Notes: generated from the letters alone by a model not told the origin. A DNA stretch of 14,602 nt from Candidatus Thorarchaeota archaeon (GCA_038893995.1 JAWAQK010000014.1:33122-47723), one strand, 5' to 3'; shown: positions 5,804-14,060, counted from the first letter of the stretch. Numbers and translations: made by a program.

Positions 5804-8689
5804 TTGCGTGAAGAATCCGATATTACTTCCAGGAGCTCTGACGTTCAGTATCATGCGATGACTCTAGACGAGGTTGCCAGGATCCTTTCTACAGACCCTG
5901 CAGTGGGTCTGTCCGGAGACGAGGCTCGTCGTCGTTACCTCATCCACGGTCCAAACGCAATTCCAAAGGCCAGGGGAAACTTCTGGCAGGTATACTTGGC
6001 TCCGATCTTTAACTGGCTGATCAACATATACCTGATAAGCTCATTCGCGCTCCTGATGATAGCCCTCCTGTTTCCGACTCCTGAGAACGACATCAGCCAG
6101 GCGATGCTGTGGCTCTCTGTTGTGGCAGTCAACTGCGTGGTCGCGATATTCCAACAGTTCAGGGCTCAGAAAAAGCTTGAGGCACTTGAAAGGCTGTCAG
6201 CCGGCGAGTCGAGGGTGATCAGATCCGGCCAGGAGGAGCGAGTCAGTCCGGTCGACATCGTACCCGGTGATATTGTACGGATCGAGCAGGGTGACCGGGT
6301 ACCAGCAGACGGTCGCCTCATCACATCGTCTAATCTTACGATCAATGAGGCATCATTGACAGGTGAGAGCATCCCTGTTGTCAAGGATCATACTGTCATA
6401 GCGGATCCGGACGCACCGCTGACGGACATGGTCAACTCGGTCTTTCTGGGTACGTATGTTGCCACAGGAACGGGAAGGTTCCTGGTCACCAGGACCGGAC
6501 CCAGGACTGAGATTGGAAGGATTCAGGGCGCACTGGCTGCGCTCAACACTGGCGACATTCCGCTGAGGAAGAAGGTCAATCAGCTTGCAAAGTACCTCGG
6601 ACTAATTGCAATTGTGTTGATGTTCCTGTCTGTGTTGTGGACACTGGTGGTAGTTCCACTCATCGTGTCCCAGACAATCATTCTGGACCCGCTGGCAATA
6701 TCGATTCAGCTCAGCGCCGGAATAAGTAACGCAATGACGATAATGCCAATCAATATCCCTCTCCTGACCACAATTGTACTTCTAACAGGCGTACTTGCAA
6801 TGGCCAAGAAGAAAGTCATAGTCAGGGACCTATCAGCTGTCGAGAGCCTCGGTCGTGTGAGTGTGATCTGCAGCGACAAGACAGGAACCATGACGCGGAA
6901 CGAGATGCAGGTCCGCCTGATATGGGACACTGTGAACCTCTACCACGTAGAGGGGGAGGGTTATTCGCCTGAGGGCGTCTTCAGCGTAGTGAATGAGGAT
7001 ACCGGCATGGGGACTCCATCTCAGGACCAGCTGAAGCCCATCAGGGTGTCTGACTACCCGGTCCTCACCCGGCTCCTCATCTGCGGCGCCATCAACAACG
7101 ACTCGGAGATCGACAGTACCCCAGAGGGTTCGAGCTGGCGACCGATGGGTGACCCAACAGACGCAGCCATATTGACGGCATTTCGCAGAGCCCAATTCGA
7201 CGAGAAACTGATTCGGGACCGCTTTCAGGTAATAGCTGACTTTCCATTCGATTCCTCACTCAAGCGCATGTCAAAGGTCTGTAGGGAAGATGGGAAGTAT
7301 GTCTCCTTTGTGAAGGGTGCCACAGAAGTGCTCCTCGGGAGATGCAGCCGTATCACCAGTGAGCGCGGACCGGTCCGGTTCACTGCGGACCTGCTGAGGC
7401 GGGTTTCCGAGCTCACAATGTCGTATTCTGAGAAGGGATACCGGGTGATATCGTTTGCATATCGTGACATGACTCCCAGCTCTGAAACATCTATTACGAG
7501 AGACGAGGCAGAGTCTGACCTGACCTACATGGGGTTCGTGTGCATAGTCGATCCGCCTCGAGAAGGTGTCCGTGATGCTGTAAGTGCGTGTCACAGCGCC
7601 GGAATTCAGGTCGTGATGATAACGGGCGACTCTGCTGGAACGGCGAAGACGATCGCGACCGACCTTGGTATCCTCTCGGACAACTCTCTGGTCGTAGAGG
7701 GTCGTGACATCGAGGACCTGACACCGGATGAGTTTGCAAGGGTCAATGTGTTTGCTCGCGTCAACCCTGAACACAAGCAGCTGATAGTCGAGAGGTACCA
7801 GGAGCAGGACAGAGTAGTCGCAATGACCGGTGACGGAGTGAACGATGCGCTTGCACTTGCGATGAGTGATACAGGCATTGCAATGGGTATCTCTGGGACA
7901 GATGTCGCCAAGGAAGCGGCCGATATTGTAATAGCTGACGACAGCTTCACCTCTATCGTAGAGGGTGTTCGTCACGGTCGTGGGCTCTTCTCAAAGATCC
8001 GCGCAATGGTCTACTTCTACGTGGCCATAAACGTCGCTGAAGCGATCGTGTTCTTCAGTGCTCTCCTGTTCATGCCAGTTGTGGACCTCTTCTACAACAA
8101 CTGGCAGAATCTCTATCTTGTTGTCACCACACACACGTTTCCTGGCCTAGCCCTAGTCTTCGACAAGGTGTCCCCACGTGTCATGCAAGAGAGACCACGA
8201 AACAGCGAGGAGATACTGACCCGGCCTTTGGTGAAGTTCATGGGGCTCAATATCCTACTGATGTCGTCTTGTATCGGTTTCGTATACTGGCTGACTGTGA
8301 CAGGAGTCTTTGGACCGGCGGAGGGCGAACTCCTCAGCACGGGCCGGTACTATGTACCCAAAGCCACTATCATGATGCTCACTGTCATCCTGATCGTGGA
8401 GAGCTCCCTGGTATTTGTGATAAGGAGGATCAATCTGCCCGTCACAACCGCTGTCCGAGAACCAGGCGTATTTCGATACATATTCCTCCTGTCCCTGATA
8501 TACTTGGCGCACCTGTTACTGATGTACGTGCCCGTTGTTCAGGACATCCTTCAGGCGCGTGGCCTTGTCTTCCGTTTCGTCCCGCTGACTGATATTGACT
8601 GGGTATTCTGTATAACTGTGGGATCTATTCCTCTGATCGGAATGGAACTCTACAAGAGGAGTCTCCGTCGAAGGGGCGTGACTCTGTGA
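5804..8689 (+). CDS. P-type ATPase, P2-like architecture, substrate unknown
   Basis: Motifs TGES (A domain), DKTGT (phosphorylation site, 6875), KGATE, DPPR, TGD and GDGVND, with about 10 TM helices. The transport-site residues are atypical (see findings). Confidence 0.95.
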   Translation: MREESDITSRSSDVQYHAMTLDEVARILSTDPAVGLSGDEARRRYLIHGPNAIPKARGNFWQVYLAPIFNWLINIYLISSFALLMIALLFPTPENDISQAMLWLSVVAVNCVVAIFQQFRAQKKLEALERLSAGESRVIRSGQEERVSPVDIVPGDIVRIEQGDRVPADGRLITSSNLTINEASLTGESIPVVKDHTVIADPDAPLTDMVNSVFLGTYVATGTGRFLVTRTGPRTEIGRIQGALAALNTGDIPLRKKVNQLAKYLGLIAIVLMFLSVLWTLVVVPLIVSQTIILDPLAISIQLSAGISNAMTIMPINIPLLTTIVLLTGVLAMAKKKVIVRDLSAVESLGRVSVICSDKTGTMTRNEMQVRLIWDTVNLYHVEGEGYSPEGVFSVVNEDTGMGTPSQDQLKPIRVSDYPVLTRLLICGAINNDSEIDSTPEGSSWRPMGDPTDAAILTAFRRAQFDEKLIRDRFQVIADFPFDSSLKRMSKVCREDGKYVSFVKGATEVLLGRCSRITSERGPVRFTADLLRRVSELTMSYSEKGYRVISFAYRDMTPSSETSITRDEAESDLTYMGFVCIVDPPREGVRDAVSACHSAGIQVVMITGDSAGTAKTIATDLGILSDNSLVVEGRDIEDLTPDEFARVNVFARVNPEHKQLIVERYQEQDRVVAMTGDGVNDALALAMSDTGIAMGISGTDVAKEAADIVIADDSFTSIVEGVRHGRGLFSKIRAMVYFYVAINVAEAIVFFSALLFMPVVDLFYNNWQNLYLVVTTHTFPGLALVFDKVSPRVMQERPRNSEEILTRPLVKFMGLNILLMSSCIGFVYWLTVTGVFGPAEGELLSTGRYYVPKATIMMLTVILIVESSLVFVIRRINLPVTTAVREPGVFRYIFLLSLIYLAHLLLMYVPVVQDILQARGLVFRFVPLTDIDWVFCITVGSIPLIGMELYKRSLRRRGVTL

Positions 8690-8780
8690 TTCACTAGTGG
8701 AAACATCTCGTGTCTTCACCGAGTCCGCCCTAGAGCTATCTTAATTGGCAGGATGTGTCCCCTGCAATTGGGTTTCGCTG

Positions 8781-9596
8781 TTGGGAAAAGTCACAACTCA
8801 CAAGATTCGAATGATGAAGCAGGACGGCCGGAAAATCGTCATGTTGACTGCCTATGACACTCCGACCGCAAGGATCCTGAGTAAGTGCGGAGTGGACATC
8901 ATTCTCGTCGGCGACTCGGTGGGAAACGTATTGCTTGGATACGACAGTACGATCCCAGTGACGCTTGACGACGTGATCTACCACTGCGCGGCAGTGGCCC
9001 GTGCCAGACCCAATAGCCTAATCGTTGGTGACATGCCCTTCATGTCCTGTAAGATCAGCAGGGAGCAGGCCCTTCGGAACTGTACGAGGATGATTCAAGA
9101 GGGCGGTGCTGAGGCAGTGAAGATAGAGGGTGGGTCACTGGTAGTACCGATAGTACGCGATGTTGTTGACGCAGGAATCCCAGTGATGGGGCACATTGGA
9201 TTCACACCCCAGTCGATCCACGAGTTTGGCGGTCACAGGGTCCAGGGACGGACCCGTGAGGCGGCAGAGTCTCTCGTACTACAGGCAAAGGCACTTGAGG
9301 ATGCAGGTGTGTTCTCCATAGTCATCGAACTAGTGCCGCACGAGACTGCCAGGAGGATAACTGAATCGGTCAGTGTTCCTACGATTGGAATAGGTGCAGG
9401 GCCCTACTGCGATGGTCAGGTGCTGGTACTGTGGGACATGTTGGGCCTAGAGGAGTTCAGACCACGATTCCTGAAGAGATACGCCGAGATTGGAAAGACG
9501 ATCGCAGACGCAGTCACCAGATTCTCGGATGAGGTGAGGTCTGGTGTCTTCCCAGATCTTGACCACAGCTTCGAGATGGATGTTGATCAGTCCTGA
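8781..9596 (+). CDS. panB: 3-methyl-2-oxobutanoate hydroxymethyltransferase
   Basis: Motifs MLTAYD, ILVGDS, DMPFMS, AVKIEGG, VMGHIGFTPQS and IGIGAG..CDGQVLV..DMLG. Start placed at TTG 8781 (MGKVTT...), because a TATA-like CTTAATT at 8740-8746 overlaps the ORF-track start at 8745. Confidence 0.96.
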   Translation: MGKVTTHKIRMMKQDGRKIVMLTAYDTPTARILSKCGVDIILVGDSVGNVLLGYDSTIPVTLDDVIYHCAAVARARPNSLIVGDMPFMSCKISREQALRNCTRMIQEGGAEAVKIEGGSLVVPIVRDVVDAGIPVMGHIGFTPQSIHEFGGHRVQGRTREAAESLVLQAKALEDAGVFSIVIELVPHETARRITESVSVPTIGIGAGPYCDGQVLVLWDMLGLEEFRPRFLKRYAEIGKTIADAVTRFSDEVRSGVFPDLDHSFEMDVDQS

Positions 9597-9620
9597 GTCT
9601 CTGGGAAGACCGTCGTAGCA

Positions 9621-9821
9621 TCATTCATCTATGACTCTATTCAGAGCCTCCACAAGCTCGTCTACAGGTATTCCATGGGCCAGCGCTCCCTGCTCTATGC
9701 TCTCGTATCTGGCCGCCATGCATCCGATGCAGTGGAGCCCGTACATCATGAACGTTCCCACTGTCTTGGGCCATCTTGCGACGACCTCTTGGATACTCAT
9801 CTTCTTGTGAATTGTGGGCAT
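9621..9821 (-). CDS. DUF1858 / hybrid-cluster-associated redox disulfide-like small protein
   Basis: Sequence IHKKMSIQEVV..WP.T...F..YGLHCIGC.AA.YESIEQGA.AHGI..DELVEALN matches the family pattern. ATG 9821 is preceded by GGAGGT, and a TATA-like CTTATAG lies at 9866-9872. Confidence 0.88.
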   Translation of the reverse strand: MPTIHKKMSIQEVVARWPKTVGTFMMYGLHCIGCMAARYESIEQGALAHGIPVDELVEALNRVIDE

Positions 9822-10018
9822 CTCGCTTACCTCCATTAACTATGGTTATTTAGGTCTCGGCGTCCCTATAAGACTTGTCATATGGTCGGAATGGGTTGCG
9901 AGAGCGATACATGGCTCCCAATGCTCATCTGTGCGCGGTCGTCAAGCTCCTCACGGGGTTTGGATGACACACGAACACAGTTCAAAAGACTCACGTGTGT
10001 TGATGTGCCGGTGATTGC

Positions 10019-11101
10019 ACGGACATCGTTCTACTGCTCATTGGGGCGGGGATCGCAGCCGGGTTTGCACTGATAGCACTAGCATTTTCCATTCAAGAGA
10101 GGAGGACTAACAAGAGGGCCCTTTTCATAAGAGAGGCCGCCTCCCTCGGGGTGATCACAGGAATAGGAAATATGCTGAAGGCCTTCTTTTCCAGCGGAGG
10201 TATCGAGTTTCATGCGTTGACAGTCATCACCCTGTCGGGCTGGACCGTAGTATTTGGGGCCATGGGTCTGTTCTTTGTGAGCTCCCGACGTGAGCTCCCA
10301 GAGTGGAGATCAGCGGGGTTCGTCTTGTGCGTAGCAGCATCCAGCATGACAGCGGGAGTGTTCACGATACTCGTATTCAATCAGACCATCTTCCCAACTG
10401 CGGTGTTCATCTGGAAATCTTCGTTCGACATATACGCTGCCCTGATCTTCCTGTACGGGGCAAGGGTCTACTTAGAGGCCAATAGACGATTCTCAGAACT
10501 CAGGAGTTCCTTGATGTCGTTGACACTGTCGACCATAACTGTGTCTTACGTTGCTAACGTTGTCCTCCATGAGATCCCCATCTTCACGGCAGGGCCGCTC
10601 CTCCCCGGCGTGAACATAGAGATGGTCCTGGACGTTGTTCGCATTGCTACCCTGCTTGCAATATGCGTTGCACTGATCACAGACCTCAACTACATGTACA
10701 GAGTCCCCATAGAGTTCTACGGAGTGTTTGCAATACTGGGTTCAGGAGTGTGCATATTCAGTCATTCCGAACAGGATGGGTCTGCAGATCCCAATCTCTT
10801 CTCCAGTGCACTTGTTGCAATAGGCAGCGTGCTCAAGGAGGGAACACGCTCGCAGGGACATCTAGTCCGAGTCAGTACCGCAGACCGTGAGATACTCATA
10901 GAGAGTCGGCCTGAGTATGACCTCATTGTGGCGGCCATCCTGGAGCGGAGTTCTCTCTTCCTGAGAAGGTCCACACAGATGTTTGCGGACATGTTCTGCT
11001 CTCGATTTGGAGAGGAACTGAAGAAGGAACCGAGTAGAATCGATGTGTTCAACGAGGCGGAAGATCTGGTCGAGATAGCATTTCCATATCTACATCGCTG
11101 A
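10019..11101 (+). CDS. Polytopic (probably 7TM) membrane protein with a C-terminal cytoplasmic longin/roadblock-like domain
   Basis: The frame stays open 44 codons upstream of the ORF-track start (10151) and adds a clear TM helix. The C-terminal ~130 aa (GVFAILGSGVCIFSHS..DPNLFSSALVAIGSVLKE...REILIE...AAILERSS.FLRRS...F) has longin-like beta-beta-alpha-beta-beta-beta-alpha-alpha patterning. The start position is uncertain. Confidence 0.75.
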   Translation, partial: TDIVLLLIGAGIAAGFALIALAFSIQERRTNKRALFIREAASLGVITGIGNMLKAFFSSGGIEFHALTVITLSGWTVVFGAMGLFFVSSRRELPEWRSAGFVLCVAASSMTAGVFTILVFNQTIFPTAVFIWKSSFDIYAALIFLYGARVYLEANRRFSELRSSLMSLTLSTITVSYVANVVLHEIPIFTAGPLLPGVNIEMVLDVVRIATLLAICVALITDLNYMYRVPIEFYGVFAILGSGVCIFSHSEQDGSADPNLFSSALVAIGSVLKEGTRSQGHLVRVSTADREILIESRPEYDLIVAAILERSSLFLRRSTQMFADMFCSRFGEELKKEPSRIDVFNEAEDLVEIAFPYLHR

Positions 11102-11407
11102 CGTGCTTCTATGTCCACGCGATGGGTGAAAGCCGAATTGCGCCCTGCTAGCGCTGACAAGCGTCGATGACCTGGGATGGCCACGCGAAACTGACCTATG
11201 GGAACTCGCTTCTTCGGTCATATCAATGATTCGTGCGAGCGAGCCCGACAAATGAGTGGGGCAGAAGGTAGGATGGCCTGATGCCACGCGGCATGGAGCC
11301 ACTCTGATTGGAGTCTCAAGTTGAATTGCAGGTCAGTCTGACAGACAGTGCATTGGGACTATCTCGGAGCATCGCCCTCTGTAGTAGGATGTTGTAGAAA
11401 GAGTCAG

Positions 11408-11439
11408 GGAGTCAGCAGTCAAGTCGGACTGCCAACTCC
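11408..11439 (-). terminator. 3' hairpin / putative terminator of the thiolase-DUF35 operon
   Basis: Minus strand GGAGUUGGCAGUC-CGACUU-GACUGCUGACUCC forms 13 bp with two G-U pairs. It lies 10 nt after the stop at 11450 and is followed by the pyrimidine-rich CUGACUCUUUCU. Confidence 0.5.
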
Positions 11440-11449
11440 AGGTATTGCT

Positions 11450-12124
11450 CTACTTCAGTGATCTGACCCATTCATACACGGGTTCACAGAGCTTCTTGAT
11501 TCGCTCTTTCTCCGGATTCATGGGCCCGGGCTTCCAGCCATCTGCAGGCTCGAAGTGGAAGTCAGTTATCGCCCCGCGTCTGTCCTTCTTGTCAGCCCAG
11601 ACGACCTTCACAGGCATACCAAACTCGGCATCCCATGGGTCTAGGCCTCTCAGCTCATTGGCCACTGCTGTCTTGCAGCCATCGATGACCACGTAGGCCA
11701 ACACGAAAGGCAGCCTCTTCAGTGAGGACTTCCCTGACCAGCCTGCAACAGTGAAAGTGTGCACATGCCCCTCTGGTTTGAGGCGGATCCATTCTGTCCG
11801 CTCAAGATTATCGTCAAGTCGCCAGCAGTTGACACGTGGCGGGAAGAACTTGTCACCACACTTCGGACATTGCGTCCCCCATAGCTCCCCGTCCAGGAAG
11901 CCCTTGCCCATCTTAGAGAGCTCTGAGAGTCTCCAGTAATAGAGCTGGTCGTAGTGTAGGTGAATCTTGAGCTGCTGCTCCTTGTCGTCCCACTCGTAAC
12001 CACAGAAATGGAATCCGTGCTCCCTGACATCGCCACGAAAGTCGTTCGCGCGGTTGACGTTGTATTCCACCTTGAGAGGGATCGGGTGCATTCTCGGATC
12101 GGTCTTCTTCTGCGTCATCGTCAC
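11450..12124 (-). CDS. Zn-ribbon + OB-fold protein (DUF35/ChsH2-like), thiolase partner
   Basis: Motifs CPKCGDKFFPPRVNC, EWIRL.PEG.VHTFTV, PFVLAYV.IDG and GMPVKVVW. The GTG start overlaps the thiolase stop (GTGA, 12121-12124); an alternative ATG is at 12118. Confidence 0.9.
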   Translation of the reverse strand: MTMTQKKTDPRMHPIPLKVEYNVNRANDFRGDVREHGFHFCGYEWDDKEQQLKIHLHYDQLYYWRLSELSKMGKGFLDGELWGTQCPKCGDKFFPPRVNCWRLDDNLERTEWIRLKPEGHVHTFTVAGWSGKSSLKRLPFVLAYVVIDGCKTAVANELRGLDPWDAEFGMPVKVVWADKKDRRGAITDFHFEPADGWKPGPMNPEKERIKKLCEPVYEWVRSLK

Positions 12125-13383
12125 GGCCTCCTTAGGATGAAGTTTGAGATGCTAGTACCTGTACCAGCATGACTGTTCACGAGTCCGGTATTGGCATCCC
12201 TGACGTAGGTCTTCGAACTCCGGTGCTTCTTTGGAATCATGTCTGTCAGCTGATAGTAGCACTCGATGGCTGACATGATTCCTGTCGCTCCGACTGGGTG
12301 TCCATAACCCATCAGACCCCCGCCTGGATTGACTGGTAGATCGCCCTCCATGAAGGTGCGTCTCTCGCGGACGAACTCTCTTATGTTGTCCTTGTCGCAC
12401 CAGTGCAGGGCCTTGTAGATCTGTACCTCTGAGCTGCTGAAGGCGTCATGTATCTCTGCGACATCTATCTCCTTGACGGCCCGTTTGTAATCTATTCCGG
12501 CCATGTCATAGGCCATCTCGCCAGACTTTCTGCAAGCTGCGAACTCAGTCATGTCAGGGTATCCCTTGCCATATTGCTCATCCCAACCAGGGAAGTTCAG
12601 CCTGTCTCCAGCCCTGATCGTACAACTGCTGAGTCCTGCTCCGTCGATGATCACGTACTTTCCATCGGCGTTCTTCTTTGCCCACTCCTCGCTGGTGACC
12701 AGGCAGAATGCTCCGCCCCTGCTCATTAGACAGCAGTCGTACCTCTTTATCGGATAGCTGATCATTCGACTGTTCATCACGTCATCGATGGTCAGATCCC
12801 GCTTGTATTCCTGATATTCGCCACGATACCATTGCGTCTTCTCATTGTCTACAGCGTTGTTCCGGTTCTTGATAGCAGCGAGGGCAAAGTCCTCCTCGGT
12901 CAGCCCGTTCTCCTTCATGAACTTGTAGGCCATGGCCGCATAGTAGATGGGGTATATTCCTCCGGCAAGTGCCTCGTAGCGAGTGTCAGACGCCAGAGCT
13001 ATGAACTCTGAACCCTGTGACTGTGTGACACTGTCCATGGTTTCCCATCCAGCCACGCCCACAACATCAAAGAGGCCAGACTTTACTGCGAGGAAGGCGG
13101 CATACAGTGCCGATCCTCCTGTGTTACCACCATTCTCCACACGGAAATGCGGCAGACCCACGAGTCCCAGATGGTCATGCACGATCCACTCGGGAGCCAG
13201 TTGCTTTCCGAAGTGAACCGAGAAGTGAGAATACACCATGAACTGCAGGTCTCGGAGATGAAAGTCCGGGATGTCCTGCTGGGTCTCGACTATGCAGTTT
13301 GCAATCATTGATTCGGGTTCAATGTGCATGGGATAGTCGAAGGGAGTCGCCGCACCACCTGCCAAACAGACTCTACGACTCAT
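12121..13383 (-). CDS. SCP2-type thiolase-family protein (nucleophilic Cys absent)
   Basis: Motifs RVEN, VAEIHDAF, LPVNPGGGL..GHPVGATG and DCC. It is translationally coupled to the DUF35 gene. Confidence 0.9.
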   Translation of the reverse strand: MSRRVCLAGGAATPFDYPMHIEPESMIANCIVETQQDIPDFHLRDLQFMVYSHFSVHFGKQLAPEWIVHDHLGLVGLPHFRVENGGNTGGSALYAAFLAVKSGLFDVVGVAGWETMDSVTQSQGSEFIALASDTRYEALAGGIYPIYYAAMAYKFMKENGLTEEDFALAAIKNRNNAVDNEKTQWYRGEYQEYKRDLTIDDVMNSRMISYPIKRYDCCLMSRGGAFCLVTSEEWAKKNADGKYVIIDGAGLSSCTIRAGDRLNFPGWDEQYGKGYPDMTEFAACRKSGEMAYDMAGIDYKRAVKEIDVAEIHDAFSSSEVQIYKALHWCDKDNIREFVRERRTFMEGDLPVNPGGGLMGYGHPVGATGIMSAIECYYQLTDMIPKKHRSSKTYVRDANTGLVNSHAGTGTSISNFILRRP

Positions 13384-13446
13384 CGCTACTCCGCTACCTC
13401 TCCGCCCAATGGGCGGCCAATACTGTACGCCGACGACTCTGCCGAC

Positions 13447-13454
13447 TACTTAAC
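13447..13454 (-). promoter_or_regulatory. Putative TATA box of the thiolase operon
   Basis: GTTAAGTA about 65 nt upstream of ATG 13383, the most TATA-like motif in this GC-rich upstream region. Confidence 0.3.
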
Positions 13455-13712
13455 AGCTTCGGCTGTCTGAGCACGACATCCCGCCACTACAACAGTTCAT
13501 CATCAGAACGAGATGTCCGAACATTGCGTTGGATGAATCCCGTCCACGACCACCATTCCAGTCAACATAGAGCAAGAATGGAGTTCGGATGGGGTTGACC
13601 GTTGCACAGGCCCGTAGTCAGTAACACCGGGGGGAACGGCCAGACGCAGAGTACACATGCGCTAGCCGTTACCGGCTGTTCTCCATGAACGTGAAGACCT
13701 ACCATGGGTGGG

Positions 13713-14060
13713 CTACTTGAACTGCCCCTTCACTGGCGGGGAGAATAACAGAATAAGCGTTAGGATTGACAGAACCTCTCCAACTATTAGGAACTCGATG
13801 AAGTCCGAGGTGATATAGAGCACAACTGCGGCGATGTTGAGAACGACTGCATAGTTCCACCACTCTGTCTTCAGCGTCCTTAGGTTCATCGCGACACAGA
13901 GAGCGGCCAGTGCGAGGACCGCACCTATTGCTGAAATGGCATTCTCCGAGATGTATAGTCCCAATGCTGCGGAAGCAAGTCCATTGACTGCATTTGCGAT
14001 CATAAGCGCAACAACGCCATTTACCGGGTTACCCTGTCTACTCTCTTCCATATTCAACAC
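13713..14060 (-). CDS. Small hypothetical 4-TM membrane protein
   Basis: Four hydrophobic segments ending in FSPPVKGQFK. The start is GTG 14060 or ATG 14051. Confidence 0.75.
   Translation of the reverse strand: MLNMEESRQGNPVNGVVALMIANAVNGLASAALGLYISENAISAIGAVLALAALCVAMNLRTLKTEWWNYAVVLNIAAVVLYITSDFIEFLIVGEVLSILTLILLFSPPVKGQFK

Noticed and set aside
5935-8719. Many antisense ORFs within the ATPase, including the 234-aa 7271-7975
   Set aside because: These are typical shadow frames of a GC3-rich gene and have no motifs.
9995-10018. GTG-TGT-TGA-TGT (M-C-U-C-A-G-D-C) selenoprotein-type N-terminus for the 7TM gene
   Set aside because: The GTG is too close to the likely TATA box to be transcribed, and there is no convincing SECIS downstream. 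An ACG start is simpler.
1988-11429. GTCCGACT found in three intergenic regions (1988, 3569 and the minus strand near 11422-11429)
   Set aside because: Some 8-mer recurring three times is expected by chance over this much sequence, and the orientations are inconsistent.
11101-11449. CRISPR-like array from the CCACGCG repeats
   Set aside because: The repeats are far too short, the spacing is irregular and there are no cas genes.
8781-13383. panB, thiolase and DUF35 as one CoA/lipid operon under S1P/SREBP-like control
   Set aside because: The genes lie on different strands in separate transcription units, and no membrane-tethered transcription factor is in the window.
13459-13503. Box C/D sRNA on the minus strand (AUGAUGA ... 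CCGA)
   Set aside because: The C box is perfect, but there are no recognisable D'/C' boxes, the D box is degenerate and no target was identified.
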